Positions 1 to 10,800 of a DNA stretch of 64,000 bases are shown here, piece after piece. Every line of letters starts with the position of its first letter. Position 1 is the first letter of the stretch. The DNA comes from Phycisphaerales bacterium (GTDB lineage Bacteria > Planctomycetota > Phycisphaerae > Phycisphaerales > UBA1924): contig OZ245777.1 of NCBI GenBank assembly GCA_965227775.1, forward strand, positions 1,664,001 to 1,728,000. The letters are read 5' to 3'. The notes beneath the pieces were generated by a model. That model did no database searches, was not told the DNA's origin, and saw only the letters and a list, made by a program, of their open reading frames with translations. Position numbers and translations under genes: made by a program.

Positions 1-2
1 TC

Positions 3-386
3 ATCCCCGCGTGGGACGAGCTCGAGCAGACCCGCTTCGAGCGCGACAAGCTGCTGGCTATGGACGCCCAGGGCCGCGAACGCATCCGCCGCCAGCTCCG
101 CTACCTGGCCGCCCTGGAGCGCGGCGACGAGGCCCTCGTGCGCTCGCTGGCCCTCGACCAGATGCGGCTCATCCCCGAAGGCCGCACCGCCGTGCTTGAG
201 CCCCCGCCCCCCGGCCCGGTCGACATCTTCAAGCCCCTTGAGCCGGCCCCGGTCACGATCCAGGCCGTCCGCCCGACCGACTCCGTTCTCGCCCGCCTGG
301 CGCGCAGCGACCGCCTTCGCCCATGGCTGATCGGGCTGGGGACGTTGATGGTGCTGGTGGGAGTGCTGCCGCAGGGGCGGCGGTAG
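3..386 (+). CDS. 5'-partial hypothetical protein with C-terminal membrane anchor
   Basis: Frame is open from the window edge (IPAWDELEQTRF...) into ORF 60..386. Ends in hydrophobic WLIGLGTLMVLVGVL followed by basic residues. Confidence 0.6.
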   Translation: MPAWDELEQTRFERDKLLAMDAQGRERIRRQLRYLAALERGDEALVRSLALDQMRLIPEGRTAVLEPPPPGPVDIFKPLEPAPVTIQAVRPTDSVLARLARSDRLRPWLIGLGTLMVLVGVLPQGRR

Positions 387-398
387 GGGTGGACGCGC

Positions 399-1226
399 TC
401 ACGCCAAGTGCCCGAACCAATAGCTGATCGCCGCTTGGTTCACGCCGTCCTCGCGACGCCACCAGCAGGCCGGGTAGTGCATGTCGACGAATCGTCGCTC
501 GGGCAACGTGCGATGGCGGTACTCGACGAAGCCCTCGTGGTACCCAGGGTGCCCGGCTGTCCGAAGCACACCAGCCATGCCAAGGATCCCCACAAGCACG
601 TCGCGCTCGGCCTTGTTCGCCTTGATCGACTTGGGTAAGAACTTGTGCAGTGAGGCCGCGGACGTGCCCTGTGGCGCGGCTTCGATCGCGTCGAGCAGCG
701 ATGCCAAGAGCGCCCTGGCCGCGGGCGTCGGCTCAACGGGCGGAAGCAGTAGGAATTGTTCGAGATCGAAGGCCGCGTACTCGAGTTGCTCGTGGCGCAC
801 GCCACCCCACTTGAAGCGTTCGAAGTTGAAGACGCTTCGGTCGATCTTGGATGATCCACCGTACATGCCGCAGACCGTGCACCGCTTGCGAGGCTCGTCG
901 AGCGTGTGCTTCGGGAGTTGATGCGTGAGCGCGTAGCTGCCAAGGGTGGAGCGGCGCGGCAGATCCCGTGACTCCAGGCTTGCGACGAAGGCGTTGGCCA
1001 CGGCTTCTCTCGTGATTGCTCTACACAATTGCAGCGCTTTGGTCACGACTTCGTCGTGACTCGTTTCCAGCACGTCAAACATGAGCCCGGCAGCCTTGCC
1101 GTGCTCGACGGCCTCGCGTGAGTTCGGGTTCTTGCCCTCGCGCCAGCCCGTGGGGCTCCAATAGCTGCTCATGAGCGTCTTGAAGGCGCGGGCGTCGGCC
1201 ATTTGTTGCGTCGTTGGGTCGGGCAT
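399..1226 (-). CDS. hypothetical protein with CxxC motif
   Basis: 275-aa ORF of globular, aromatic-rich composition (RCTVCG, NFERFKWGGVRH, YPACWW); no family recognised. Confidence 0.75.
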   Translation of the reverse strand: MPDPTTQQMADARAFKTLMSSYWSPTGWREGKNPNSREAVEHGKAAGLMFDVLETSHDEVVTKALQLCRAITREAVANAFVASLESRDLPRRSTLGSYALTHQLPKHTLDEPRKRCTVCGMYGGSSKIDRSVFNFERFKWGGVRHEQLEYAAFDLEQFLLLPPVEPTPAARALLASLLDAIEAAPQGTSAASLHKFLPKSIKANKAERDVLVGILGMAGVLRTAGHPGYHEGFVEYRHRTLPERRFVDMHYPACWWRREDGVNQAAISYWFGHLA

Positions 1227-1278
1227 GGCGGCTCCGCTTCAAGGGCTCGGCTGCGAGAGGGCATCCATAGGATCACGC

Positions 1279-1749
1279 GTGCTCGCACGAGAACGTAGCC
1301 TCACCTTCCGCCCCCGACACCGCCTCACCCACGCGCGCGAGTTCCAGGCGGTCTATGCCGCTCGGTGCCGCAAGAGTGCGGGGCCGCTGACGGTGTTTGC
1401 CATGCCCAACGCGCTGCCCGAGCCGCGGCTGGGGCTCTCGGTTAGTCGGCGCGTCGGCAAGGGCCACGTCCGCGTGGCCGCCAAGCGGGCGGTGCGCGAG
1501 GCATTCCGCCACGCGCAGCACGAACTGCCAGCGTGGGAAACGGGCCGTGATGGAAGCCCGCGATCCGGCCGCTACGACTACGTCGTGCAAGTCCGGCCGC
1601 ACGATCCGATTCCCGCCGCCCAGTACCAGCGATTGCTGCTCGAACTTGCCGAAGCGTGCCACGGGGTCTGGGCCAAGCGAATCGCACGGGGTGAACTGCC
1701 CAGCCAATCCACCGCCCAACAATCAGGCGATGCACGCGCCGGATCATGA
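1279..1749 (+). CDS. rnpA: ribonuclease P protein component
   Basis: [43 protein letters not shown] (RNR-like helix). GTG start inferred; adjacent to yidD. Confidence 0.9.
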   Translation: MLARERSLTFRPRHRLTHAREFQAVYAARCRKSAGPLTVFAMPNALPEPRLGLSVSRRVGKGHVRVAAKRAVREAFRHAQHELPAWETGRDGSPRSGRYDYVVQVRPHDPIPAAQYQRLLLELAEACHGVWAKRIARGELPSQSTAQQSGDARAGS

Positions 1750-2047
1750 CGGCCCCCGCCCGTGGTTGGCCTCGCCCCTGCGGCGGCTGGCCATCGCGCC
1801 ATTCACGCTGCCCATCCAGGCGTACCGCGTCACGCTGAGCCCTTTCATCGGTGGGCAGTGCCGCTTCGAGCCCACATGCAGCCGCTATGCGCTCGAGGCC
1901 TACCACACCCACGGCCCGTTCAAGGGCACGCGACTCACGCTTTGGCGGCTGGCCCGGTGCCACCCCTTCATCAGGGGCGGCTACGACCCGGTGCCGCCCG
2001 CGAGCGCACGCGGGGAGCGGCGCGCGGGCGGTCCTAGTCAGGGCTAA
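1730..2047 (+). CDS. yidD: membrane protein insertion efficiency factor
   Basis: [36 protein letters not shown] signature. Confidence 0.95.
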   Translation: MHAPDHDGPRPWLASPLRRLAIAPFTLPIQAYRVTLSPFIGGQCRFEPTCSRYALEAYHTHGPFKGTRLTLWRLARCHPFIRGGYDPVPPASARGERRAGGPSQG

Positions 2048-2065
2048 CATTCCTACCGCCGGTGC

Positions 2066-2722
2066 GTGCCCACGCCGGCTCCGCCGCCAGGATGGAGGCC
2101 GCCCTTGCCTAGGTTGCCAGCGGCCGCCCGCCGCGCCCAATTGCTCGAGACCGCCGCCGAGCTCTTCGCCGAGCACGGCTACGCGCGGGCCACGACGAGC
2201 CAGCTAGCCAAAGCCGCGGGCGTCACCGAGCCCATCATCTACCGCCACTTCGGCTCGAAGCGCGACCTGTTTATCGCCCTGGTCCGCCGCACGAGCGAGG
2301 AGACCATCGCCTTCTGGGAAGAGCAGCTGCTGGCCGCCCGGTCGCCCGCCGAGCGGCTCTCGACGCTGGTGGACGGCAACCCGATGGTGCACCCGCGGTT
2401 CTCCGACGCGTACCGCGTGATCCTCCAGGCGATCACCGAGGTGGGCGACGAGGGCATCGCCGACGCCCTGCGTGAGCACATGGACACCGTCCACGCCTTC
2501 CTGACCAAGGAGATCGAGAGCGGGCAGGCGGCCCACAAGGTCACCGCTCGGTACAGCCCGGAGTTGATCGCCTGGCTGCTCATCGATGTCGGCCTGGGCT
2601 TCGGCGTGCTGACCGCCTGGGGCGTCGAGAGCCACGGGAAGGACGCCAAGGGCAAGCACGTCAGCGACGCCATCAAGCGCATGCTGCTGGGCAAGTCCAA
2701 GACCCCCGCTTCCGACCGATAG
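2066..2722 (+). CDS. TetR/AcrR family transcriptional regulator
   Basis: RRAQLLETAAELFAEHGY..TTSQLAKAAGVTEPIIYRHFGSKRDL helix-turn-helix. Confidence 0.92.
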   Translation: MPTPAPPPGWRPPLPRLPAAARRAQLLETAAELFAEHGYARATTSQLAKAAGVTEPIIYRHFGSKRDLFIALVRRTSEETIAFWEEQLLAARSPAERLSTLVDGNPMVHPRFSDAYRVILQAITEVGDEGIADALREHMDTVHAFLTKEIESGQAAHKVTARYSPELIAWLLIDVGLGFGVLTAWGVESHGKDAKGKHVSDAIKRMLLGKSKTPASDR

Positions 2723-2740
2723 AGCCTCTACGCTCTGGGC

Positions 2741-5437
2741 GTGCCGGACCTCAAGATCGCCAGCTCTGTGCCGCAAGGCCGCAAGCTGACGCCCGCGATG
2801 CGTCAGTTCCACGAGTTCAAGGACCGCTTTCCGGGCTGCGTCCTGCTGTTTCGCATGGGCGACTTCTATGAGCTCTTCTATGAGGACGCCGTCGAGGTCT
2901 CCAAGGCCATCGGCCTGACCCTCACCGAGCGCAGCCCCGGGCAGCCGATGGCGGGCGTGCCCCACCACCAGCTCGACAACTACCTGCGCAAGCTCATCGA
3001 CAAGGGCTTTCGCGTCGCCATCGCCGACCAAGTGCAAGACCCCAAGGAAGCCAAGGGCGTCGTCGAACGCGCCGTCACGCGCGTGCTTACGCCAGGGACG
3101 CTGGTCGACGACGACTTGCTCGAGAGTCGACCGTCGGGTGGCACATTGGCGGCCGCGTATCTCCACGGCGAGGGCGTCTCGATCGCCGCGCTCGATGTCT
3201 CGACCGGCGCCTTCACGCTCGACTCCGCGCCGCTCGACGGGCTGGTCGATTGCCTTTCACGCTTCGCCGTCGCCGAGCTGCTCATCTCCGATGACTGCCC
3301 TGCGGGCCTGCGCAGCCGCATCGAGATCGAGACGGGCCGCGCTGGCTGCGCCATCACCGAGCGCGCCGCGTGGCACTTCAGGAAGTCCGAGGCGATGGAG
3401 GCTGTGCTCAAGCACTTCGCCGTCAAGAGCGTCGAGGGCTTTGGTCTCGAGAACGACGACCCGGCGCTCATCGCCGCCGGCGCCGTGCTGCGGTACGCGG
3501 CCGAAACACAAACGCCCAGGGGCGCGCCCGACCGCAACGGCCTCGCCCCGTCGCTCTCGTACATCCGCCCACCCAAGCGCGCTGCGCCGGGGGATCGGCT
3601 CGTTCTGGACGCCACCAGTCTGCGTGCACTCGAGATCGAGCGCACCATCCGCCGCGGCGGCGTCGAGGGCTCGCTGGTGGGCGAGGTTCTCAATGGCGGC
3701 CAGTGCATGACCGCGCTTGGCCGGCGTCAGGTCGCCCAATGGCTGCGCGAGCCCGCGGCGAAGCTCGAAGAGATCGCCCAGCGCCACGCCGCCGTCGCGG
3801 CCCTGGTCGAAGACCCGAAGCAAGCCGGCGAGCTGTCCGAGACCCTCGAGCCCATCCAGGACATCGCGCGCATCGCGGCGAGGCTGGCGCTGGGTCGGGC
3901 TGCGCCGCGTGACCTCGTCGGGCTCGGCCGGTCCCTCGCCGCGATCCCGGCGCTCGTCGAAGCCTGCAAGAACACCCCGGCCCTCGCCAACCGCGCAGGC
4001 GCGTTGCACGAACTGCTCGACTTTCTCGCGCCGCTTTCCGAGGACATCACCGCGACCTGCAGCGATCGCCCGCCCGCGCGTCTCACCGACGGCGGGCTCA
4101 TCAACGACGGCATCGATCCGGAGCTCGACGAAGCACGCAGCCTGCAACACGACGCCGGCCAGTGGCTTGCAAACTTCCAGCAGCGGCTGGCCGATGATCT
4201 GAACATCCCCGCCATCCGCGTGGGCTTCAACAAGGTCTTTGGCTACTACATCGAGCTCTCCGCCGCCCAGGCTAAGGAGCACGGCGATGCGCTCATCTCC
4301 GCCGGCCTCAGCCGCAAGCAGACGCTCAAGAACGCCGAGCGCTACGTGAACGACGAGCTGCGCCACTTCGAGCACCGCGTGCAGACCGCCGAGGCGAGAG
4401 CGCTCGAGCGTGAGAAGGCCATCTTCGACCAGTTGTGCCTCAAGGCCCGCGACCAGCTCGACGCCATCGCCAGCGCGGCCGAGGCCATCGGCGCTCTCGA
4501 CTCACTCTCCTGCTTCGCCGCGATTGCGCGAAGACGCAGCTGGGTCCGCCCTGAGATGGTCGAAGAGGCCAACCTCGAACTCGACGCCGCCCGCCATCCC
4601 GTGCTGGAGCGAACGCTTGCGGACAGACTGGTTCCCAACGACGTCGCCCTCAACGAGTATGCGCGGCTGGCGATCATCACCGGCCCCAATATGGCCGGCA
4701 AGAGCACCTACATCCGCACGGCCGCGCTGCTGGTCGTGCTCGCGCACGCCGGCTCGTTCGTTCCGGCCGAGTCCGCACGCATCGGCCTGACCGATCGCGT
4801 CTTTACTCGCGTGGGCGCCGACGACGCGCTGCACGATGGGCAAAGCACGTTCATGGTGGAGATGGCCGAGACCGCCGCCATCCTCAACAACGCCACCGAG
4901 CGTTCGATGGTCGTGCTCGACGAGATCGGCCGCGGCACGAGCACGCTCGATGGCCTCAGCCTCGCCCGAGCGATCGCCGAGCGGCTGGCGGGCGACGCCA
5001 AGCGCCCCGGCCCGCGCACGCTCTTTGCCACGCACTACCACGAGCTCACGACGCTCGAAGAAGAGCGCGCCGGCCAGGTCCGCAACCTCGCGGTGCGCGT
5101 GCGCGAGGTCGGCGACGAGGTCGTGTTCCTGCACCACGTCGAGCCCGGCCGGGCCGATCGCAGCTACGGCGTCCAGGTCGCGCGGCTCGCGGGCATCCCG
5201 CCCGAGGTCGTCAAACGCGCCGCCGATGTGTTGGCATCACTCTCAGTTCGCGAAGACGGTGCCCCTGCGCCAACCAAGCGCATGAGCGAACCCCAACCTC
5301 CACAACTGCCCTTGTTCGCCAAGAACGAACCCCATCCGGCCGTCGATCGCCTGAGTGAGGTCAAGATCGAGCAGCTCACGCCGCTGGACGCCTTCGACCT
5401 GCTCCGCGAGCTCCGTGGCATGGTCGACAAGGAGTGA
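2741..5437 (+). CDS. mutS: DNA mismatch repair protein MutS
   Basis: LTPAMRQF, FRMGDFYELF, TGPNMAGKST, STFMVEM, LDEIGRGTST, FATHYHEL, SYGVQVARLAG. Confidence 0.98.
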   Translation: MPDLKIASSVPQGRKLTPAMRQFHEFKDRFPGCVLLFRMGDFYELFYEDAVEVSKAIGLTLTERSPGQPMAGVPHHQLDNYLRKLIDKGFRVAIADQVQDPKEAKGVVERAVTRVLTPGTLVDDDLLESRPSGGTLAAAYLHGEGVSIAALDVSTGAFTLDSAPLDGLVDCLSRFAVAELLISDDCPAGLRSRIEIETGRAGCAITERAAWHFRKSEAMEAVLKHFAVKSVEGFGLENDDPALIAAGAVLRYAAETQTPRGAPDRNGLAPSLSYIRPPKRAAPGDRLVLDATSLRALEIERTIRRGGVEGSLVGEVLNGGQCMTALGRRQVAQWLREPAAKLEEIAQRHAAVAALVEDPKQAGELSETLEPIQDIARIAARLALGRAAPRDLVGLGRSLAAIPALVEACKNTPALANRAGALHELLDFLAPLSEDITATCSDRPPARLTDGGLINDGIDPELDEARSLQHDAGQWLANFQQRLADDLNIPAIRVGFNKVFGYYIELSAAQAKEHGDALISAGLSRKQTLKNAERYVNDELRHFEHRVQTAEARALEREKAIFDQLCLKARDQLDAIASAAEAIGALDSLSCFAAIARRRSWVRPEMVEEANLELDAARHPVLERTLADRLVPNDVALNEYARLAIITGPNMAGKSTYIRTAALLVVLAHAGSFVPAESARIGLTDRVFTRVGADDALHDGQSTFMVEMAETAAILNNATERSMVVLDEIGRGTSTLDGLSLARAIAERLAGDAKRPGPRTLFATHYHELTTLEEERAGQVRNLAVRVREVGDEVVFLHHVEPGRADRSYGVQVARLAGIPPEVVKRAADVLASLSVREDGAPAPTKRMSEPQPPQLPLFAKNEPHPAVDRLSEVKIEQLTPLDAFDLLRELRGMVDKE

Positions 5438-6093
5438 CGACGAGGGCCGTCATCTTTGATGTCGACGGCGTCCTCGTGCAAACGGACACCCTGCACGAAC
5501 AGTCCTGGCGAGCGCTGGCCGAGCAAGAGCGCCTGCCCTTCCCAGATGATCTGTCCGACAGGCTGCGTGGTGTCAGCCGAGAGCGGTCGCTCGAGTTGGT
5601 CCTCGGCGATGCCTTCGACCGCTATACACCCGAGCAGCGCGCGACGCTCATGGATCGCAAGAACAGTGCGTTTCTCCAAGCTGTCAATGCCATGACCCCT
5701 GGCGACGCACTCCCCGGCGTTCGCGAGTTGCTCGGAGAGCTCAGGAACACCGGCCTCAAGCTCGCCGCCGCCTCGGCCAGCCGCAACGCCAGGGCGGTGC
5801 TCGATCGCATTGAGCTCACAAGCGCGCTCGACGCCATCATCGACGGCCTTGACGCGCCCAAGGCCAAGCCCGATCCGCAGTGCTTCCTGCTCGCGGCTGA
5901 AAAGCTGGGGGTTGCTCCAGCAAAATGCTGTGTTGTAGAAGACGCCCCTGCCGGCGTGGAGGCGGCGATCAATGCGGGAATGAGAGTGGTGGGGGTGGGG
6001 CCGGTTCAGGACGATCGTCGCGTGGTGCTCGGGGCGTTAACGCTCGCGGATTTCACAGCAGACGACCTGGCTGGCACAAGCGTGGGTCGCTGA
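5434..6093 (+). CDS. beta-phosphoglucomutase-family HAD hydrolase
   Basis: FDVDGV motif I, LRGVSR, ASASRNA, KPDP, VEDAPAGVEA. GTGA overlap with mutS. Confidence 0.85.
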   Translation: MTTRAVIFDVDGVLVQTDTLHEQSWRALAEQERLPFPDDLSDRLRGVSRERSLELVLGDAFDRYTPEQRATLMDRKNSAFLQAVNAMTPGDALPGVRELLGELRNTGLKLAAASASRNARAVLDRIELTSALDAIIDGLDAPKAKPDPQCFLLAAEKLGVAPAKCCVVEDAPAGVEAAINAGMRVVGVGPVQDDRRVVLGALTLADFTADDLAGTSVGR

Positions 6094-6173
6094 TCTGGCG
6101 CAAGATCATCGTCATCGCGATGATCGCCCAGGGACACCGTTTGAATCGAGGGTTGCCCGGCGAGAGCGAACCA

Positions 6174-6476
6174 CTATGCGTTCCGAGAAATCACGTCCTC
6201 GCGGAGCGCTTGGAGTCCGTCCGATGACCGCTTGCCCCACTCACCCTGGCGGTAGTAGTCGCCAAACGTCTTGTCAGTTTCGGGTGCCAGGATCTCGGTC
6301 TTGAGCGAGTCTGCCGATCTCCCTCGGTGGAGGTCGACGATCCAGGAGGCCGCAGACACGACGTCCTGGGTGTAAGCGACGCGGTCTTGTGTGTATTTGG
6401 TCTCGCGAAGACAGTCTTGGAGAATACCCAAGAACTCGACCACACGATCGCGCAGCCAGATTGTCTCTGCGTCCAT
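6174..6476 (-). CDS. small hypothetical protein (100 aa)
   Basis: ATG at 6476 preceded by GGAGG-like RBS; MDAETIWLRDRVVEFLG...; protein-like composition. Confidence 0.6.
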   Translation of the reverse strand: MDAETIWLRDRVVEFLGILQDCLRETKYTQDRVAYTQDVVSAASWIVDLHRGRSADSLKTEILAPETDKTFGDYYRQGEWGKRSSDGLQALREDVISRNA

Positions 6477-6674
6477 GTCGCCCTCCCACAGTCGGCCCGG
6501 CCGCGAAGATCGCCGCCGTCCAGAAGCCCGAACGCATGCCCACCTGCCTCGCCCGATGGCTTGTCCTGAAGTACTTTCCTCACCATTGGCGCCGAAATCC
6601 AGCCGCGATGCAAAGCGGTTCCAAGACAAGACGCGCGTGACCGGAGCAAGTTAGAGGCCCGAGCAAGGCAGCCG

Positions 6675-7853
6675 CTACTTCCGCCCCTTCGCCTTGCCCA
6701 TCATCTTCGCCCGGATCGCCGCCGCGCGCTCCTCGGCGGTCTTGGGCCGGCGCGAGGGCTCCTCGGTGGGCGCTTCGTCCGCGGGCTTCTCGTCCTCGGT
6801 GGGCTCAGGCTCAACCTCGCCGGTCTCCTCCTTGAGCAGCCGCTCGCGCGCCACCTCGTAGCATGTCGCGAGCAACCCAACCAGCGGGAACTTCGCGTCC
6901 TCGAAGGGGCTCGGACCCAGGCGGCGCAACATCGGCGTGGGCACGGGCGGGGGTTCGAGTGCAAGGTCGAGCGCATCCAAGTCGGACTGGCTCTCCCAGA
7001 ATCGCTCGAGCAGCGCCTCGCCCTCGGGGATGGCCGCGTCGCTGGCGCCCTCGACCCGGGGCTGGTAGATTGGCTTGGGGTTCGCGCCGCCCGCGCTGAG
7101 CAATCGGCGATGGCTCATCCGCTCGGCTAGTTCGCCATCCGGCAATCCGCGGAGCTTGAAGGCCACCGAAGGATCGGCCGCGATCCGCTCGGCCAGCAGC
7201 AAGATGACGCAACACGCGTGCTTCGCCCAGCCCCCGCCCTCGGCCATGCCCTGCGGCGTGTCGGGACAGGTCGTCGTGATCCTCACCGCGTCGGGCGATT
7301 CGGGCAGCAGGCTCAGCCCCAGCGGGCGGAAGACCTCCTCGATGTCCTGCGGCAGGCGCCCGCCCAGCACCTCGGCGGCGATGTGCGGCTGCTCGTTGAG
7401 CTGGTCGGCGACCTGGTCCCACTGCTGCGGGGTAAACGCGTCGACGTGCAGCTGCAGTTCGTACGCGCGCGTGCGCCGGCCCTGCACCGACGCGCGCACG
7501 AGTCCGGGTTCCACCGCAATCGTGCGCGTCTGGCCGAGCCGGGCATACTCGGTGCCCTCCTCGATGGCATTTGGCCCGGCGCTCAGCTCCAGCAAACGCA
7601 TGAGCCGGCGCTCTGGCACGCTGGCGGGCTCCTCGCCCTCCTTGCGCTTCAGCCGAATCCCGCCCGAAACGCGCCGCGGCTTGGTCGGCAAGGGCCTCGG
7701 ATGCGGGCGCAGCGGCGCGTTGGGCTTGGTCAGGCTGTCGCGCAGCTCCTGCACGGCCTTCTCGGTGGTGTCGGGGGCGGGGGGCGTGGCGGACGTAGCG
7801 GGCGTGGGCGTCGCCTTGGCGTCGTCGTCCTTTGGGGGCTTCTCGGCCATCAT
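6675..7853 (-). CDS. SWIM zinc-finger family protein (degenerate SWIM)
   Basis: G.EYARLGQ, ASVQG..RAY, CPD...KH..VILLLAERI..DP..F.LRG. ATGA-coupled to the SNF2 gene, the usual SWIM-SNF2 pair. Confidence 0.85.
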   Translation of the reverse strand: MMAEKPPKDDDAKATPTPATSATPPAPDTTEKAVQELRDSLTKPNAPLRPHPRPLPTKPRRVSGGIRLKRKEGEEPASVPERRLMRLLELSAGPNAIEEGTEYARLGQTRTIAVEPGLVRASVQGRRTRAYELQLHVDAFTPQQWDQVADQLNEQPHIAAEVLGGRLPQDIEEVFRPLGLSLLPESPDAVRITTTCPDTPQGMAEGGGWAKHACCVILLLAERIAADPSVAFKLRGLPDGELAERMSHRRLLSAGGANPKPIYQPRVEGASDAAIPEGEALLERFWESQSDLDALDLALEPPPVPTPMLRRLGPSPFEDAKFPLVGLLATCYEVARERLLKEETGEVEPEPTEDEKPADEAPTEEPSRRPKTAEERAAAIRAKMMGKAKGRK

Positions 7854-10800
7854 GCCGCCTCGTCATCGCCGACGGCGTCGCCGCGGAGCGTCAGCAGGTC
7901 GCGCAGTTGCCCGGTGTCAAGCTCGGTCAGCCAGCGCTCTCCGGCGCCCACGATCTGCTCGGCAAGCTCGGTCTTTTGCTCGATCATCGCGTCGATGCGT
8001 TCCTCCAGCGTGCCGCGCACGACGAACTTGTGCACCTGCACGCGCCGCGTCTGGCCGATGCGGTACGCGCGGTCGGTCGCCTGGTTCTCCACCGCCGGGT
8101 TCCACCAGCGATCGAAGTGGAACACGTGCGTCGCGGCGGTGAGGTTCAGGCCCACGCCGCCCGCCTTGAGGCTCAGGATCAGCAGCGGGGCCGTGCCGTC
8201 GGCCTTCTGGAACTTGTTGATCAGCTCCTGGCGCTGTTTCTGCGTTGTCCCGCCGTGCAGGAATAGCACGGGCCGGCCCAACTCCTGCTGCAGCAGCGAC
8301 ACCAGCAGGCGTCCCATCTGGCGGAATTGGGTGAAGAGCAGCGCCTGCTCGTTCGACGCGAGCACTTCGTGCAGCATCTCGACAAGCCGCACGCACTTGC
8401 CACTGCGTGTCGCGTCTGGCGCTCCGGGCTGGCTGAAGTCGTGGTCCTTCAAGAGCTGAGCCGGGTGATTGCAGATCTGCTTGAGGCGGATGAGCGTCGA
8501 AAGCACCATGCCTCGGCGGTGCATGCCCTCCACCCGATCGATGTCGCGCAGCATTGTGTTGACGGTCGCTTCGTACAGCGCCGCCTGCTCGCTCGTCAGG
8601 TGGCAGTACTCGCGACTCTCGACCTTCTCGGGCAGGTCGCCCGCGACGCCCTCGTCGGTCTTGAGGCGACGGAGGATGAACGGCCGAACCAATCGCCGGA
8701 GCTGCTCGCGCCGGCCCTTGTCGCTGTACCGCTCGATGGGCAGACTGAACCGCCGGCGGAAGTTGCCGATCGTGCCAAGATAGCCAGGATTACAGAAGTC
8801 GATGATCGACCAGAGCTCGCTGAGCCGGTTCTCGACGGGCGTACCGGTGAGCGTCAGGCGGTGGTCGGCCTGCAGTTGCCGCACACTCTGGGCCTGCTTG
8901 GCCGCGGGATTCTTGATGTTCTGCGCCTCGTCGAGCACGATGCGCCGCCACGGCATGCGCGTCAGCAGGTCGTGGTCGCGGTGGGCCAGAGCGTAGGTTG
9001 TCAGCACCACGTCGGTGTCGCCGGCCTTGGCGATGAACGCGTCGTCCTGCAATCGCTCGGCGCCGTGGTGCACCATGACCTTGAGCGTGGGGCAGAACTT
9101 GCGCGCCTCGTGCTCCCAGTTGCCCAGCACACTCATCGGCACGATCGCCAGCGTCGGCGGCACGGGCGCCTCCGCGTACGGGCCCTGGGCGTGCAGGTAG
9201 CGCTCGCGCGCCAGCAGCGCCAGCACCTGGATCGTCTTGCCTAGGCCCATGTCGTCGGCCAGGCAGGCGCCGAAGCCGAATCGCTCGAGGAAACTCATCC
9301 ACGCGACGCCGCGGAGCTGGTACGGCCGCAGCTCGCCGTGGAACGTCGGTGGGGCCTCGACCTCGGGCAGGCTCTGGCTCTGGTCGCTTGAGCCGAACAC
9401 CGCACCAAGCCAGCCGCTGGTCTCGATGCCCACGATCGGGAGCGCCGCGCCCTCTTCGTCCATCGAGCCGTGGGCCATGCGGATGGCCTCGAGCACGGTC
9501 ATCTCGCCGCCGGGATGCTCGCGTATGAATCGCGCGGCCGCCTTGACGTCCTCGGCGCGCACCTCGGCCCACTGCCCGCCCACGCGCACGAGCGGGGCCG
9601 ACCCGTCCTTGGCCAGCTTCTCGAACTCGGCGAGCGTCAGCTTCAAGCCGCCCAGCGAGATCTCCCACGAATAGCGCACCAGCGTCTGCAAGCCGAGCTG
9701 GCTCTTGTGCGCGTGCGGCGAGCCCGAGGGTACTTCTTCACCCTCCGGAACCGCGCCCCAGCCCTCGGCATCGCCCTGCAGGCTCTCCAGCGGATCACTA
9801 TCGAGACGGAGCGTCGCTCCGACCCGAATGCTCGGCGAGTCCCACCAAGGCGGCGCGACCACGGTGATGCCCTGCTCGCCCAGCACCGGCGCCGTGTCGC
9901 GCAAAAACTGGTACGCCTGCTTGGTGTTCAGCTCGAGCTGCGTCGGCTCGCTCTGGCGGAGCGCACCCTCCAGCTTGTCGTACAAGCGAGAAGCGCGGCC
10001 AAGCTCGCTGAGCAGGAGCTGCTGCGGATCGTCGAGCTGGCGGCCCTCGACCGTCACGCCCCGGCCCGTCAGGCTCCACACCTCGTCGGCGTCGACCTCG
10101 ACGTTCTCGGTGCCCACCGCCCGCAAGTGGAACGTCAGCGCCCACCGCGTATCACCCGGCGGCGGCTGCAGATCGGGTAGCTCCTCGGTATTGACCGGCT
10201 CGTGCAGCTTCAGGCACAGTCTCCAAAGTGCGCTCGCGCCACGCTCTTCGAGGCGCGCCAGCCAGCGCCGCACGCCCCGGGCCGCGTCGGTGCGCTCGCC
10301 GGGCTTGATGCCCGACTCGACATCACCGTCGAGCAGGCCGCGAAGCCACGCCACGTGCGTGTCATGGTCCTTGTCCTCGACGGCCTCGGCCAGCTTCTCG
10401 CGATCGAACGCCGCGCGGGCCTGCGCGTCGAGCACCAGGGTCAGGAAGTCGCTAAGCACCAGCCAAGGATCATGATCCAGGTCGTCCACGCCCGCGCTAC
10501 TGGCGAGCGGCATCGCGCGGAGCAGGTCGCTCGTCACGCGCGCGGTGTGCTCGTCGGCGAGCCAAGGCTGCCAACTGCCGAGCAAGCGCCCGTCGGGGTG
10601 CTGGCGCAGGCTCGGCACAAACCGCTGCTGGATGACCAGCTGCCGCACGAGGCTCAGCGACACGATGAAGTGCCGCAGCGTCGACGCGACCAGCACCGCC
10701 ACGGGTCCGTCCGACTTCGTCTCATCCAGTGCGAATCGCCCCTCACCCAGCGAACGCTCGGACGATTCACTCGAAAGGTCGTTCACCGCGTCGAGCACGA

